From Deltaproteobacteria bacterium HGW-Deltaproteobacteria-6 (GTDB lineage: Bacteria > Desulfobacterota > Syntrophia > Syntrophales > Smithellaceae): a DNA stretch of 64,000 nucleotides. The stretch is from the NCBI GenBank assembly GCA_002840435.1, contig PHAT01000005.1, positions 484,460-548,459 on the forward strand, in the 5' to 3' direction. Under the pieces are notes generated by a model. The model had not been told where the DNA came from, ran no database searches, and worked only from the letters and a program-made list of their open reading frames with translations. Numbering within the stretch: position 1 is the first letter of the stretch; every line of letters starts with the position of its first letter. Of the stretch, positions 28,220 through 38,714 are shown piece by piece. A program made the position numbers and the translations under genes.

Positions 28220-29185
28220 TTACTTTTTCATCATGATCTCTTTGAGTTTTGCGATCAGCTCCGTGGTGTTGGGTTTGGAGAGCTGGGCATCGGCGTGGAC
28301 GGCCTTTCCTTTATGCAACAGTTTATCGGTAATCAGCGAGGAAAATAAAACAACGGGCAGATCCTTCAGCACCGGATCGTTTTTGACTTTATGGCATAAA
28401 TGGTAGCCGTCCATCTGGGGCATTTCCACATCCGTAAGAATGATGTCGATAAAGTCCGTCAGGGGTTTGTTCTGCTCAGCGGCCCGCCTCTTGGTGTCCA
28501 TCAGATATTCCCAGGCGACGCTGCCGTCAACTTCTGATGTAACGATGAATTCTCCCCCCGATTCGAGGGCTTCCCTTGTTGCGCGGCGGATCATTCCGGA
28601 ATCGTCGGCATGAAGAACACGGATGGGATAGATGATTCCATCAGCTGCCGATTCTGAAACGGCCTTTTTGTTTTCAATCGGTTGAAGATGGGGCACCGCA
28701 AGATCAGGATTAATCTCACCGATGGCCCTTTCCAGATCGAGCATGAGCACGTTTTTATCTTCCAGATTAATGTACCCCGTAACGGCGGGGCAAAAATTCT
28801 GCATGTAACTATCCAGCGGTTTGATGTTGGCCCAGCTGGTGCGGTGAATTCTGGTGATGCCGGATACGAGAAAGGCGGATGTTACTCTGTTGAACTCCGT
28901 GATGATCGCGATCGGCCTGACGTCCTCCCGGCGTTCTCTTCCCAGCCAAATGGCCATATCGATCAGGATAATAACATTGCCGCAATGATTGAACATCCCG
29001 GAGACAAAATGTGCGGCATTCGGTGGTTTGATGATGGCAGGCAGGCTGATGATCTTGATAACTTTAGCTACATTGATGCCGTAATAACCCCGGTATCCGC
29101 CCACTTCGTCGATAAAGACTTCAATAATTTCCAATTCATTTGTACCCGTCTCCAGAAGTATTCCCTTGTTGTCGGAGATAGCCAT
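28220..29185 (-). CDS. cheV: chemotaxis protein CheV (CheW-like domain plus receiver domain)
   Basis: N-terminal CheW-like domain. C-terminal REC (VLHADDS…ILTDVEMPQMDG…K). Confidence 0.85.
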   Translation of the reverse strand: MAISDNKGILLETGTNELEIIEVFIDEVGGYRGYYGINVAKVIKIISLPAIIKPPNAAHFVSGMFNHCGNVIILIDMAIWLGRERREDVRPIAIITEFNRVTSAFLVSGITRIHRTSWANIKPLDSYMQNFCPAVTGYINLEDKNVLMLDLERAIGEINPDLAVPHLQPIENKKAVSESAADGIIYPIRVLHADDSGMIRRATREALESGGEFIVTSEVDGSVAWEYLMDTKRRAAEQNKPLTDFIDIILTDVEMPQMDGYHLCHKVKNDPVLKDLPVVLFSSLITDKLLHKGKAVHADAQLSKPNTTELIAKLKEIMMKK

Positions 29186-29548
29186 TACATCGCTCCTTTT
29201 CCACTGTTCATCGGCAGATGATACTCAGCTAATGCGAAGCCGCATCGATTTAATTTTTCGATGCCTATATCATACCCTTTACTGAAATCATATCACCGAT
29301 AACAGGCGCGACGGCTGATCGATATCATGGCGCCATGGCAAATCCCGTCGGATTGCCTGCCGTGACAGCCATCAGCACGGCTGCTTAAAAAATGGTTAAA
29401 AGAAAATACGTAAGCATCCACAGGATTGTAATCGGATGATATTTGCTATATTATGGCTACAGAAAAATACAGGACAGGATTTTAAGAATCAATCAAGCTG
29501 CGCGCAATCAAACAATCTAAAACCCCGGTATCAGCAGAGGAGTTGATC

Positions 29549-30937
29549 ATGGAGGCAGGAAACAGCAAAGAATCAGGCCCCGGTCAGGCGGGTTTTGCCA
29601 AAAATATCGGTGTTCGTTTCCGCAATCTGCAAGTGATGTTCGGGGAAACATTCGGTCTCGGTCCCGGCGCAACGCTTGCCGCTCTTATTTTTACCGTTGC
29701 GGTTTTGCTGACGGCCTCGTTCTGGTTCTTTTATTCCGCGCCCCCCGATACCATTGTCATGACCAGCGGGGATCAAGGCAGTCTCTTCCAGAGGAATGCC
29801 GAAAAATATGCCAAAATTTTAGCACGTAAAGGCGTAAAGCTGAAAATTCTTCCTTCTGAAGGATCGCTGGAAAATCTGCAACGGCTGGCGGATCCCAAAT
29901 TTCATGTGGATGTCGGATTTGTTCAGGCAGGCGTGACCAGGGGGCAAAATATTGATAACCTGGTTTCCCTGGGCAGCATTTCTTATGAACCGCTTTACCT
30001 GTTTTGCCGGAAAGATCAGCCGTTGAAACTTCTTTCCGACTTCAGCGGCAAACGCCTGGCTATCGGTGAAAAAGGAACGGGGACCCATGTACTGGCGCTT
30101 ACGCTTCTGGAACTGAATGGCATTAAACCCGGCGGGACGACCACGCTTCTGGCCATCGATGATGAAGAAGCCGAAAAAGCGCTTCTGGAAGGTGAAATAG
30201 ACGGGGCCTTTATGATGGGGGATTCCGCGGCTTCGAAAACCATGCGTGATCTGCTGAAGCAACCGGGCATTACAGCCTTTGATTTTTTACAGGCCGACGC
30301 CTATACGCGTCGCATCCGGTATTTAAATAAGCTGGTGCTGCTTGCGGGATCCATCGATTTTGGAAAAAATATTCCCGATCACCATATTAATCTGCTCAGT
30401 CCGACGGTTGAACTGATTGCGAGGGCTGATTTGCATCCGGCGCTTTCCGATCTGCTTCTGGAAGCAGCGACGGAAGTTCACGGCCGGGCAGGCCGTTATC
30501 AGCGCCAGGGGGAATTTCCAGCCCCGCTCGAACATGAATACCGCATCAGCGCGGATGCGCAGCGCTTTTACAAATCAGGCAAGAGCTTCCTCTACCGGTA
30601 TTTGCCTTTCCGGATGGCCAGTCTGCTCAACCGTATCCTGGTGGTTATTGTGCCGATGATTCTGGTTTTGATCCCGGGACTGAAGAGCATACCGGTGATC
30701 TACCGCTGGCGGATGCGTTTGCGGATTCTGCGCTGGTACCGGGCTTTACTGATTCTCGAGGGCGACCTCGGCCTGAATATGACGTCCGAAAAACAAAAAG
30801 AACTGATGGCCAGGCTGGAGGGGATTGAACAGGCCGTCAATAATATGAAAGTTCCGGCTTCGTTTGCCGATCAATTCTATTCCCTGCGCAGTCACATTGC
30901 CATTGTCCGCACGCGATTGATGAGCGGCATAGCCTGA
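29549..30937 (+). CDS. TAXI-family (TRAP-type) solute-binding domain protein anchored by N- and C-terminal TM helices, with a cytoplasmic helical tail
   Basis: TM, then a binding domain of about 300 aa (LKILPSEGSLENL…VDVGFVQAGV…GTGTHVLA), a TM, and an Arg-rich helical tail. GAGGAG RBS at the ATG 29549. Confidence 0.55.
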   Translation: MEAGNSKESGPGQAGFAKNIGVRFRNLQVMFGETFGLGPGATLAALIFTVAVLLTASFWFFYSAPPDTIVMTSGDQGSLFQRNAEKYAKILARKGVKLKILPSEGSLENLQRLADPKFHVDVGFVQAGVTRGQNIDNLVSLGSISYEPLYLFCRKDQPLKLLSDFSGKRLAIGEKGTGTHVLALTLLELNGIKPGGTTTLLAIDDEEAEKALLEGEIDGAFMMGDSAASKTMRDLLKQPGITAFDFLQADAYTRRIRYLNKLVLLAGSIDFGKNIPDHHINLLSPTVELIARADLHPALSDLLLEAATEVHGRAGRYQRQGEFPAPLEHEYRISADAQRFYKSGKSFLYRYLPFRMASLLNRILVVIVPMILVLIPGLKSIPVIYRWRMRLRILRWYRALLILEGDLGLNMTSEKQKELMARLEGIEQAVNNMKVPASFADQFYSLRSHIAIVRTRLMSGIA

Positions 30938-30959
30938 TATCCCGGCGTCAGGAGGGTCG

Positions 30960-32237
30960 TTAAGCATCCGCCTGTTTTTTCGGGAAAGTTTCTTTCACCT
31001 GCGTACTGGCGATGAGCGCTGCAAAAAGAGACAGCAGGCATATCTTGAACGCGGCGGAATAGGCCTCTACGGGGTAAATGCCGCCCACTGCGCCTGCGGA
31101 ATCCAGATACCAGCCGATGAGCGGTTGGCCCAGCGCGGCGCCGGCAAAGGGAAAAATATTCAATGTGCCGGTGGCGGTGCCGGAGATTTGTATCGGGAAA
31201 GAATCCTTGATGGCGGAATAGCCGACAACAACCAGACTGGACATGAAAAAGCTGTAGAAGAAGCACCAGAGATAGAGCGCCGTTTCGGAAAAATCGCCGG
31301 TGAAAAAGGCAAGCGGGGCAAAAACCAGCAGGCCGCCCAGCTGACTGAGAATCAGAACTTTCTTTCGTGAATGAAAGATCCGGTTGGAAAGCCAGCTCAT
31401 CACCGGCGCGCCGACGATCATGCCGATGGCCATGGCTGACAGCAGCGCTCCCGCCCGGGTTCTGGTCATTCCATAAACGTGCATTAAAAAAGGACCGCCC
31501 CACAGTCCGGAAAAACTCAAAGATACCAACGATCCGAAAAAACTGCACAGGGCCATCGGCCAGAAATCTTTGTTTTTAATGACCAGGAAGATGCTGCCCA
31601 GAATACCGAATTTTGTGCCGTCGCACGTGTCGTCTTCCGCACAGTTGGTGAGCGCCGGGTAACCAGCCTGTTCGGGCGTGTCCCGAACCAGGAGCCAGAC
31701 CAGACCCGAAATAACAAGCGTCAACACACCAATTGCGATCATGCTGCCGCGCCAGGTTATCGCATCGCTCATAAGCGCCAGAGGCGTTGATGCCGTGTAG
31801 GCGCCCACGCCGCCCAGCGCCATCAGCAAACCGCTCATATGGACAAATTTTTCCCGCTCAAACCAATGGGTCAGAATCTTCAGCGTAGGGATAAACACCA
31901 TGGCTACACCCAGGCCCACCACAATGCGGGCGGCTATCGCCGCGCTTACGGTATGCGCAAACCCCAGAGCCATTGAGCCCACCGCGCCGATGATGAAAAA
32001 AAAGACGATCGACCGGCGCGGTCCCCACGAGTCGGATAAAAGGCCCGCGGGAATCTGCATCAAACCGTAAGGGTAGAAATAAGCCGAGGCCAGAATGCCC
32101 ATCAGCGCGCCGCCGGTTTTTAAATCCGTCATCATATCGACGGCGACAACCGCCGGAGCCAGCCGGTGAAAAAAAACCAGAATGTAGGCGGCGCCCAGAA
32201 TGCCGAAAATCAGATAGCGGTATCTAACAAAGCTCAT
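30960..32237 (-). CDS. MFS transporter
   Basis: 425 aa, 12 predicted TM helices, with an MFS loop motif (GLLSDSWGPRR). Confidence 0.85.
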   Translation of the reverse strand: MSFVRYRYLIFGILGAAYILVFFHRLAPAVVAVDMMTDLKTGGALMGILASAYFYPYGLMQIPAGLLSDSWGPRRSIVFFFIIGAVGSMALGFAHTVSAAIAARIVVGLGVAMVFIPTLKILTHWFEREKFVHMSGLLMALGGVGAYTASTPLALMSDAITWRGSMIAIGVLTLVISGLVWLLVRDTPEQAGYPALTNCAEDDTCDGTKFGILGSIFLVIKNKDFWPMALCSFFGSLVSLSFSGLWGGPFLMHVYGMTRTRAGALLSAMAIGMIVGAPVMSWLSNRIFHSRKKVLILSQLGGLLVFAPLAFFTGDFSETALYLWCFFYSFFMSSLVVVGYSAIKDSFPIQISGTATGTLNIFPFAGAALGQPLIGWYLDSAGAVGGIYPVEAYSAAFKICLLSLFAALIASTQVKETFPKKQADA

Positions 32238-32300
32238 AGTCTTTGTGCATATAGGAAAAACGGTTTGCGAGTCAATGAAATTAACGCAAAGCGGAGCCGA

Positions 32301-32672
32301 TCATAATTCCGGAACTCCTGATGGAATCAGACAGGCAAATATCAGGATCTCCCGGTCTGTATTGCGAATTTGATGGTCTTCATCGGCCGGAACAAATATT
32401 ACGCTCCCGGCCTGAAGGGGATGCCATTTTCCCCGGCCGTAGACTTCGCCTTTGCCGGCGTGGATGAATATTTCGTGCTCCCACGCGTGTGCATGCCTGG
32501 GGGTATGGCCGCCCGGCGCAACCTCAAAGACGCGCATGCAAAAATGATTGGCGTCGTCATCTCTGCCGATGACGACGCGGCCGGAAACGCCTTTCGCCTG
32601 GTCGTTGTCGAAATGACGGGGTTCGACAGATGTATAATGAATGGTCTTCATGATGTTTTCGTCTTCCTCCAT
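32301..32672 (-). CDS. cupin domain protein
   Basis: G.HTPRHAH.WEHE…G…P.DEDH cupin metal motifs. Confidence 0.8.
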   Translation of the reverse strand: MEEDENIMKTIHYTSVEPRHFDNDQAKGVSGRVVIGRDDDANHFCMRVFEVAPGGHTPRHAHAWEHEIFIHAGKGEVYGRGKWHPLQAGSVIFVPADEDHQIRNTDREILIFACLIPSGVPEL

Positions 32673-32729
32673 TTGTGAAAGCGCCTGAGTGGCTGTTTAA
32701 TTGGAACGTCCGATGCCCGGAAACTTATT

Positions 32730-35700
32730 TTAGTCTTTTCCCAGGATCTCTCTGAGCTTCCGGGAGAGTTCCACCATAGTGAAGGGTTTCTGGATAAAGC
32801 CTTTGCAGCCTCCGTCCATGATTTCCTTTGCCAGACCGTCCTCGCTGTATCCGCTTGACAGCAGAGCCTTGACGGAAGGCTTCAGCCGCAGCAGCGCTTC
32901 AAAAGTTTCCTTGCCGCCTAAATCCGGCATAATCATGTCCAGAATCACCAGATCGACTGTTTCTTTATGGTTCTCAAAAATAGTGATGCCCTGCCGGCCG
33001 CCGGTGGCCGTCAGAACCCTGTATCCAAGTCCTTCCAGCATTTGAGTCCCGACATCAACAATCATTTCTTCGTCGTCGATCAGCAGGATAGTCTCCTGAC
33101 CTTCATAGAGTTTATTTTCTTTAACCGGTTCCGTTTCCAACTTTCTTTCCGACGCGGGAAGATAAATGATGAAGGATGTGCCGACGCCTTTTTCACTTTC
33201 CACACTGATAAATCCGCCATGGTTTTTGATGATCCCGTAAACAGAAGCCAGGCCCAGGCCGGTGCCGTGTCCGCGTTCTTTGGTGGAAAAAAACGGTTCA
33301 AAAATATGGGACTTGGTGGCTTCATCCATGCCGACCCCCGTATCCGTTACCGTCAACTTTACAAACTTTCCCGGGGGGACGCCGAAGGCGGCGACCTGCT
33401 CTGCACGCAGTTCGGTGTTTTCCACCGAAACATACAGGTTGCCGCCGCTGGGCATGGCCTGCCAGGCGTTTACGAACAGATTAAGCAGCACCTGATCCAT
33501 CTGGCCGCGGTCCACATCCACATACCAGACGGCGTCGTTCGTTTTATGATGAATGGCAATATCTTTCTTGGTCCGGCCGAACACGTCCACGCTTCGGAGA
33601 ACAAATTTGCCGAGGTTGGTCGTCCGGACTTCGTACTTGCCTCCCCGGGCAAAACCCAGAAGCTGCCGGGTAAGATTAGACCCCCGTTGAACATACTCCT
33701 CCATGGTCCTGAGACGGTCGTGGAAGGGGTGGGTTTCATCCAGATGCATGAGCAGCATGGAGAGATTGCCGAGGATGCCCATCAGCAGATTGTTGAAGTC
33801 GTGAGCAATGCCTCCGGCCAGCGTGCCGATGGCTTCCATCTTTTGCGCCCGCAACAGTTGATCCTCCATGGCTTTCTTATCGGACATATCCACAAGAAAT
33901 CCCCTGGTTCCCGCGGGGAAGCCGTCCTTAATAATAGGCGTACTGTGCACCAGGACGGGGAAGATGGTTCCGTCCTTCTTTCTGGCCAGGTACTCGCTGA
34001 GGCCGAAGTTTTTTCCCTGATAAAACCGTTCGGCGTTTGCCCGCACCCGTTCGCGTTCCTCCGGCGCCAGGACATCCAAAAGCTTCAGGCCTTTTTCCAC
34101 GTCATCGCGGGTATATCCGAAGCGGGCGAAGGATATTTCATTCACAAAGGTCAGCTTTCCGGTCATATCGGTTTCAAAAATGGTTTCCGGCAGAAGCCTG
34201 GCCATGTCCCTGAAACGTTCTTCGCTTTGCCTCAGGTTGTCCTGGGCTTTCTGGTAATCGGTCATGTCAATAAGAGACGCGATGCTGTTTTGGGTGCCGG
34301 GTATCATGGCCACGCTCATAAATAAGTTCCGGATTTCACCCGATTTGATCACGCCCCTGAATTCATAAGTGCTCGGAGCACCTGCCGGTTCAATTCGCCG
34401 TTTGACATGGCGTTGCTTCATTTTTTCCAGATCTTCCGGAACGACGAACTGAGTCCAGGACATTTTATTTTCAACTTCGTGCCGCAAAAACCCGTTGAGT
34501 TTCTCAAAATTGGAATTAACCAGCAGAATGGTGGTATCCTCGGCAACGATCATGTTGGCCGTTGCCGTGTGTTCAAAAATAGTCCGGTAGAGCTCTTCTT
34601 TTTTGATCAGATCCTGTTCGGCTTTCCTGCGCTTCGTGATGTCCCGGGTAACGCCGAGAAGCCCCTGCGGTTCGCCATGATCATTATAGAAAATGTTGAT
34701 GGTGAGTTCCGTCCAGATGGTTGAACCATCCTTGCAAGTCATTTCGAGCTCGATTTTTTTTACCCAATCCCTGTCGTGTCTCTGTCCGCTTTGTTCGAGC
34801 AGGCTTTCCTGGGCGAAGATATCCATGGCTGTCTTATATGAATCCGGTGTCAGGCGCTGTTCCAGAGATTGGTGCATTTCTTCCTCGGGGGTGTAGCCTC
34901 TCAGGCTCTCTATGGAAGGGCTGACATAAATATAATTCAGATTCGGATCGAGCACCCAGATGACATCCGTGAGATTTTCCGCCAGCAACCTGTATCGTTT
35001 CTCACTATCCTTGATTTTCTGCTGGGCCTGGATTCTGTCCGTGACATCCCTGCCGATGCCCCGAAAGCCTGTCGGTTCACCCGTTTGTCCCCGCAAAAGC
35101 GATACGGAAAATTCGATGTTTCTCCGGACGCCGTCTTTCCGGATGACCTCTGCAATGATGATATTTTGCGTGGAACCGGTTGCGGATAATTCCCGGCGGA
35201 TATCGGGAATGGTCTTTAATGATTCGGGTGTGACCGTTGCTTTATAGTTCATGCCGGTAAGTTCTTCACGGGGGTAACCCAGTATCCTGCATAGAGCCGT
35301 GTTGAAAAATGTGTAATTCCCCTGCGGATTGATTTCAAAATAGGCCTCTTCCATTGTTTCCAGGATATTGCGGTATTTTTCCTCGCTTTGGCTCAGGGCT
35401 TCCATGGCCCGCTTGCGTTCGGTGACGTCCATGCAGGAGGCCACGCTTTCTTTGGTGCCCGGCACTAATGCCACGGTGAGGGAAATATCCCGGATTTCTC
35501 CTGTCCCGGATTTTAACCTGAACTCATACGAATTCGGGACGGGATCCTTTGTTTCCCTTCGCCGGAAATGATATTGTTTCATCATGGCCAGATCTTCGGG
35601 GACAATGAAACCGGTCCAGCTCATTTTTCCTTCCATTTCCTCCCTTGTGTAGCCGACGAGACTGGCAAAGTTGGAGTTGGCAAGCAGGATGGTTGTGTCT

Positions 35701-35867
35701 TCGGCAATCAGAATAGTTGCATTTCCCGTATATTCAAAAATGGTGCGATAGCGTTCTTCGTCCCTTACAACGGTCCGTGCAAAGTCTCTTTTCTCGCTTT
35801 CCAATTCTCGAATGATTTGTTCAAGCTGGATTTTGGTAGGCTGTTTGCTCATTTCTATTTCCCGCAA
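32730..35867 (-). CDS. soluble hybrid sensor histidine kinase (about 5 PAS domains, HisKA, HATPase, receiver)
   Basis: Repeated PAS modules, H-box [11 protein letters not shown]-boxes and a C-terminal REC (LLIDDEE…[11 protein letters not shown]…K). No TM helix. The ATG at 35852 is an alternative start. Confidence 0.9.
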   Translation of the reverse strand: MREIEMSKQPTKIQLEQIIRELESEKRDFARTVVRDEERYRTIFEYTGNATILIAEDTTILLANSNFASLVGYTREEMEGKMSWTGFIVPEDLAMMKQYHFRRRETKDPVPNSYEFRLKSGTGEIRDISLTVALVPGTKESVASCMDVTERKRAMEALSQSEEKYRNILETMEEAYFEINPQGNYTFFNTALCRILGYPREELTGMNYKATVTPESLKTIPDIRRELSATGSTQNIIIAEVIRKDGVRRNIEFSVSLLRGQTGEPTGFRGIGRDVTDRIQAQQKIKDSEKRYRLLAENLTDVIWVLDPNLNYIYVSPSIESLRGYTPEEEMHQSLEQRLTPDSYKTAMDIFAQESLLEQSGQRHDRDWVKKIELEMTCKDGSTIWTELTINIFYNDHGEPQGLLGVTRDITKRRKAEQDLIKKEELYRTIFEHTATANMIVAEDTTILLVNSNFEKLNGFLRHEVENKMSWTQFVVPEDLEKMKQRHVKRRIEPAGAPSTYEFRGVIKSGEIRNLFMSVAMIPGTQNSIASLIDMTDYQKAQDNLRQSEERFRDMARLLPETIFETDMTGKLTFVNEISFARFGYTRDDVEKGLKLLDVLAPEERERVRANAERFYQGKNFGLSEYLARKKDGTIFPVLVHSTPIIKDGFPAGTRGFLVDMSDKKAMEDQLLRAQKMEAIGTLAGGIAHDFNNLLMGILGNLSMLLMHLDETHPFHDRLRTMEEYVQRGSNLTRQLLGFARGGKYEVRTTNLGKFVLRSVDVFGRTKKDIAIHHKTNDAVWYVDVDRGQMDQVLLNLFVNAWQAMPSGGNLYVSVENTELRAEQVAAFGVPPGKFVKLTVTDTGVGMDEATKSHIFEPFFSTKERGHGTGLGLASVYGIIKNHGGFISVESEKGVGTSFIIYLPASERKLETEPVKENKLYEGQETILLIDDEEMIVDVGTQMLEGLGYRVLTATGGRQGITIFENHKETVDLVILDMIMPDLGGKETFEALLRLKPSVKALLSSGYSEDGLAKEIMDGGCKGFIQKPFTMVELSRKLREILGKD

Positions 35868-36172
35868 CTGGCTAAACTATTGATAGCCGGATCATGTGAA
35901 AAATTTTTTCCCCGGAGAGCGCAATATGAACACCGTATTTTGGAGATCAAATATTCATCATCAACTGAATGGATGGATTTCATTATTCGTGCGTTGAGCT
36001 CTAGCATAAAACTGCAGTTGAGTGAAGAAGATTATAATATCACAGCGTAATCCTTGCTGATAAAAGCGGTGGGGGCAGGAGGACGCGGCATGGCCGCCAA
36101 TGATCACGAGCGTTGCTGTCAAAATTTGACATGCCTTGCACCGCTGTTCTGACCGGAAAATGTAAAAGCGAA

Positions 36173-37759
36173 TCAGCTTTTTTCCATGGTTTTATGGAAT
36201 TGCATTTGCGGCCATTCTTCCATGGTGTGGGAAAGCCGCCAGTCGGAAAGCGCCAGATAAACGAGATTTCCTTCCGTATCCATCGCCAGATTCATCAGAT
36301 TTTTTTTCTGGAAGTCTTCCATTTTCCTGGCATCATCACAGGTGACCCAGCGGGCGGCTGCGTAATCCGTCTTTTCATAGTCGGCATAAACGCTGTATTC
36401 GTCTTTGAGCCTGGCCATGGTGACATCAAACTGCAGCGAGCCAACCGCGCCCAGTATATTATCCGATCCCCACAGGGGTTTAAAGACCTGGATGGCGCCT
36501 TCCTCGGAAAGCTGCGTCAATCCTTTTTGGAGGTGTTTCAGGCGCAGCGGATCTTTGAGCCGCACACGGCAGAAATGCTCCGGGGCGAAATGCGGGATGC
36601 CGGTAAACTTGAGCGGTTCTTTCTGGGAGAAGGTGTCGCCGACTTTGATCGTGCCGTGGTTGTGGATGCCGATGATATCGCCCGGATAGGCTTCTTCGAT
36701 ATTGGTGCGGTCCTGCGCCATAAAAATGGTGGCGTTGGATAAGGAAACTTCCTTGCCGATGCGATGCTGCACCACGCGCATCCCGCGTTCGAATTTGCCG
36801 GAGCAAATTCGCATAAAAGCGATGCGGTCACGGTGAGCCGGGTCCATGTTGGCCTGGATTTTAAAAACAAAGCCGGAGAAATCATCTTCATCCGGACTGA
36901 CGATCCGTGTCGTGGTGGGACGGGGAACCGGAGGCGGAGCAATTTCGATAAAAGCATCCAGCAATTCCTTTACGCCGAAATTGTTGATGGCGCTGCCGAA
37001 GAAAACCGGCGTCTGGTTTGCTTTTAGAAATTGCTTGATATCTAAAGGATTGGCCGCGCCTGTAAGCAGGGCTATTTCCTCACGCAGTTCGGCCGCCTGA
37101 CTGTCGAGCAGTTCATCCAGCAGCGGATCGGCCAGATCATTGATGATCACGCCGTCTTCCGAGCGCTTGGCTTTTCCCGGTGTGAACAGATGCAGCTTCT
37201 TATCATAGAGATTGTAGACACCCTTGAAGCGCTTGCCCATGCCGATAGGCCAGGACAGAGGCGAGCATTCAATTTGCAGTTTATCTTCGATATCCGTCAG
37301 AATATCGAGCGGCGCGAGGCAGTCGCGATCCATCTTGTTAATGAAAGTGATGATCGGGGTGTTGCGCAGACGGCAGACTTCCATGAGCTTCTGTGTTTGC
37401 GTTTCCACGCCTTTGGCGCCGTCGATCACCATCAATGCGCTGTCCACTGCGGTGAGCACGCGATACGTATCTTCGGAAAAGTCCTGGTGGCCGGGGGTGT
37501 CCAGCAGGTTGATGTCGCAGCCGGCATATTCAAATTTCATGACGGAGGAGGTCACGGAAATGCCGCGTTCCTTTTCAATGGACATCCAGTCGGAGAGCGC
37601 GTGCTTTGAGGCCTTGCGTGCTTTGACCGCACCCGCCAGCTGAATCGCACCGCCGAAAAGCAGCAGCTTTTCAGTCAGGGTCGTTTTCCCCGCATCCGGA
37701 TGGCTGATGATCCCGAAGGTCCGGCGGCGTTCAATTTCCTTTTCCAGTTGTTTACTCAA
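36173..37759 (-). CDS. prfC: peptide chain release factor 3
   Basis: GTPase motifs ([19 protein letters not shown]) and RF3-typical length and sequence. Confidence 0.95.
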   Translation of the reverse strand: MSKQLEKEIERRRTFGIISHPDAGKTTLTEKLLLFGGAIQLAGAVKARKASKHALSDWMSIEKERGISVTSSVMKFEYAGCDINLLDTPGHQDFSEDTYRVLTAVDSALMVIDGAKGVETQTQKLMEVCRLRNTPIITFINKMDRDCLAPLDILTDIEDKLQIECSPLSWPIGMGKRFKGVYNLYDKKLHLFTPGKAKRSEDGVIINDLADPLLDELLDSQAAELREEIALLTGAANPLDIKQFLKANQTPVFFGSAINNFGVKELLDAFIEIAPPPVPRPTTTRIVSPDEDDFSGFVFKIQANMDPAHRDRIAFMRICSGKFERGMRVVQHRIGKEVSLSNATIFMAQDRTNIEEAYPGDIIGIHNHGTIKVGDTFSQKEPLKFTGIPHFAPEHFCRVRLKDPLRLKHLQKGLTQLSEEGAIQVFKPLWGSDNILGAVGSLQFDVTMARLKDEYSVYADYEKTDYAAARWVTCDDARKMEDFQKKNLMNLAMDTEGNLVYLALSDWRLSHTMEEWPQMQFHKTMEKS

Positions 37760-37943
37760 GAGAACTCCAAATAAAATAAAAAAACGGGCATATGCCCGAC
37801 CTGACCCGTCTCATAGCCAATAAATCTTCCGCTGTCAACTGGGAAGAAAACCGGTTCCCCGGCTCATCAGGGCTCTCTGTATTGGTCGTAATGAAAAATT
37901 CCTTGACAAATAAAGCATGTTGAATAAAAGTCACCAGCCGTGA

Positions 37944-38018
37944 GCGGGCGTAATTCAGTGGTAGAATGTCAGCTTCCCAAGCTGGACGTCGCCGGTTCGA
38001 GCCCGGTCGCCCGCTCCA
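37944..38018 (+). tRNA. tRNA-Gly (anticodon CCC), CCA encoded
   Basis: Hand-folded. Acceptor GCGGGCG/CGCCCGC, anticodon loop TTCCCAA, T-arm GCCGG-TTCGAGC-CCGGT. A TTGACA box at 37903-37908 is a possible promoter. Confidence 0.95.
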
Positions 38019-38122
38019 TTTTTAGCCTGCCTGACAGCTTGTTTGGGGCGGTAAATAGTGCTTGCAATGCCTCATGGTATATGGTAGTTGCATTCCCAAC
38101 CATCACTGAAAGTAGTATGCTG

Positions 38123-38150
38123 AAGTGGGCTTTCGCCCACTTTTTTATTT
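38123..38150 (+). terminator. rho-independent terminator between tRNA-Gly and rimP
   Basis: AAGTGGGC-TTTC-GCCCACTT followed by TTTTATTTT. Confidence 0.8.
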
Positions 38151-38165
38151 TCTGAAGCGATAGAT

Positions 38166-38651
38166 ATGACCGATGATTTAAAAGACAAAATATGGCAGTT
38201 TGCCGAGCCGGTGGCTCTTTCCGAAGGGCTGGAGTTGATTCACGTCGAATGCGTGAAAATGCATTCGCGATGGGTATTTCGGCTGTTTCTGGACAAAGAA
38301 GGCGGCGTCACGCTGGACGATTGCACCGCCATCAGCAATCAACTGGGCGATATTCTGGATGTTCATGATCTGTCGGGCGGACCCTATACACTGGAGGTCT
38401 CGTCGCCGGGCCTCGACCGGCCCATATCGCGTGATCAGGATTTTGAAAAATTCCAGGGGGCCAAAGTAAAAATCAGGACCCATCTCAAGATCGACGGCAT
38501 CAAGAATTTTCAGGGCACACTTGTGAATTATGTGGAAGAAAACGGCCAAAAAGTAGTCCGCATCGATGTGGCGGGCAAAATATTCAGCATTCCGAAAAAT
38601 GAAATCGCCAAAGCAAACCTTGTTGATGAGACAGCGATGGTTGTAGAATGA
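38166..38651 (+). CDS. rimP: ribosome maturation factor RimP
   Basis: LEVSSPGLDRPI motif, and position upstream of nusA. Confidence 0.9.
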   Translation: MTDDLKDKIWQFAEPVALSEGLELIHVECVKMHSRWVFRLFLDKEGGVTLDDCTAISNQLGDILDVHDLSGGPYTLEVSSPGLDRPISRDQDFEKFQGAKVKIRTHLKIDGIKNFQGTLVNYVEENGQKVVRIDVAGKIFSIPKNEIAKANLVDETAMVVE

Positions 38652-38714
38652 TCAATAACGCCGACAGGCTGAAATTAGGTGCAGCCCGAAAGATGAAAAG
38701 GGAGGAATTTGTAA

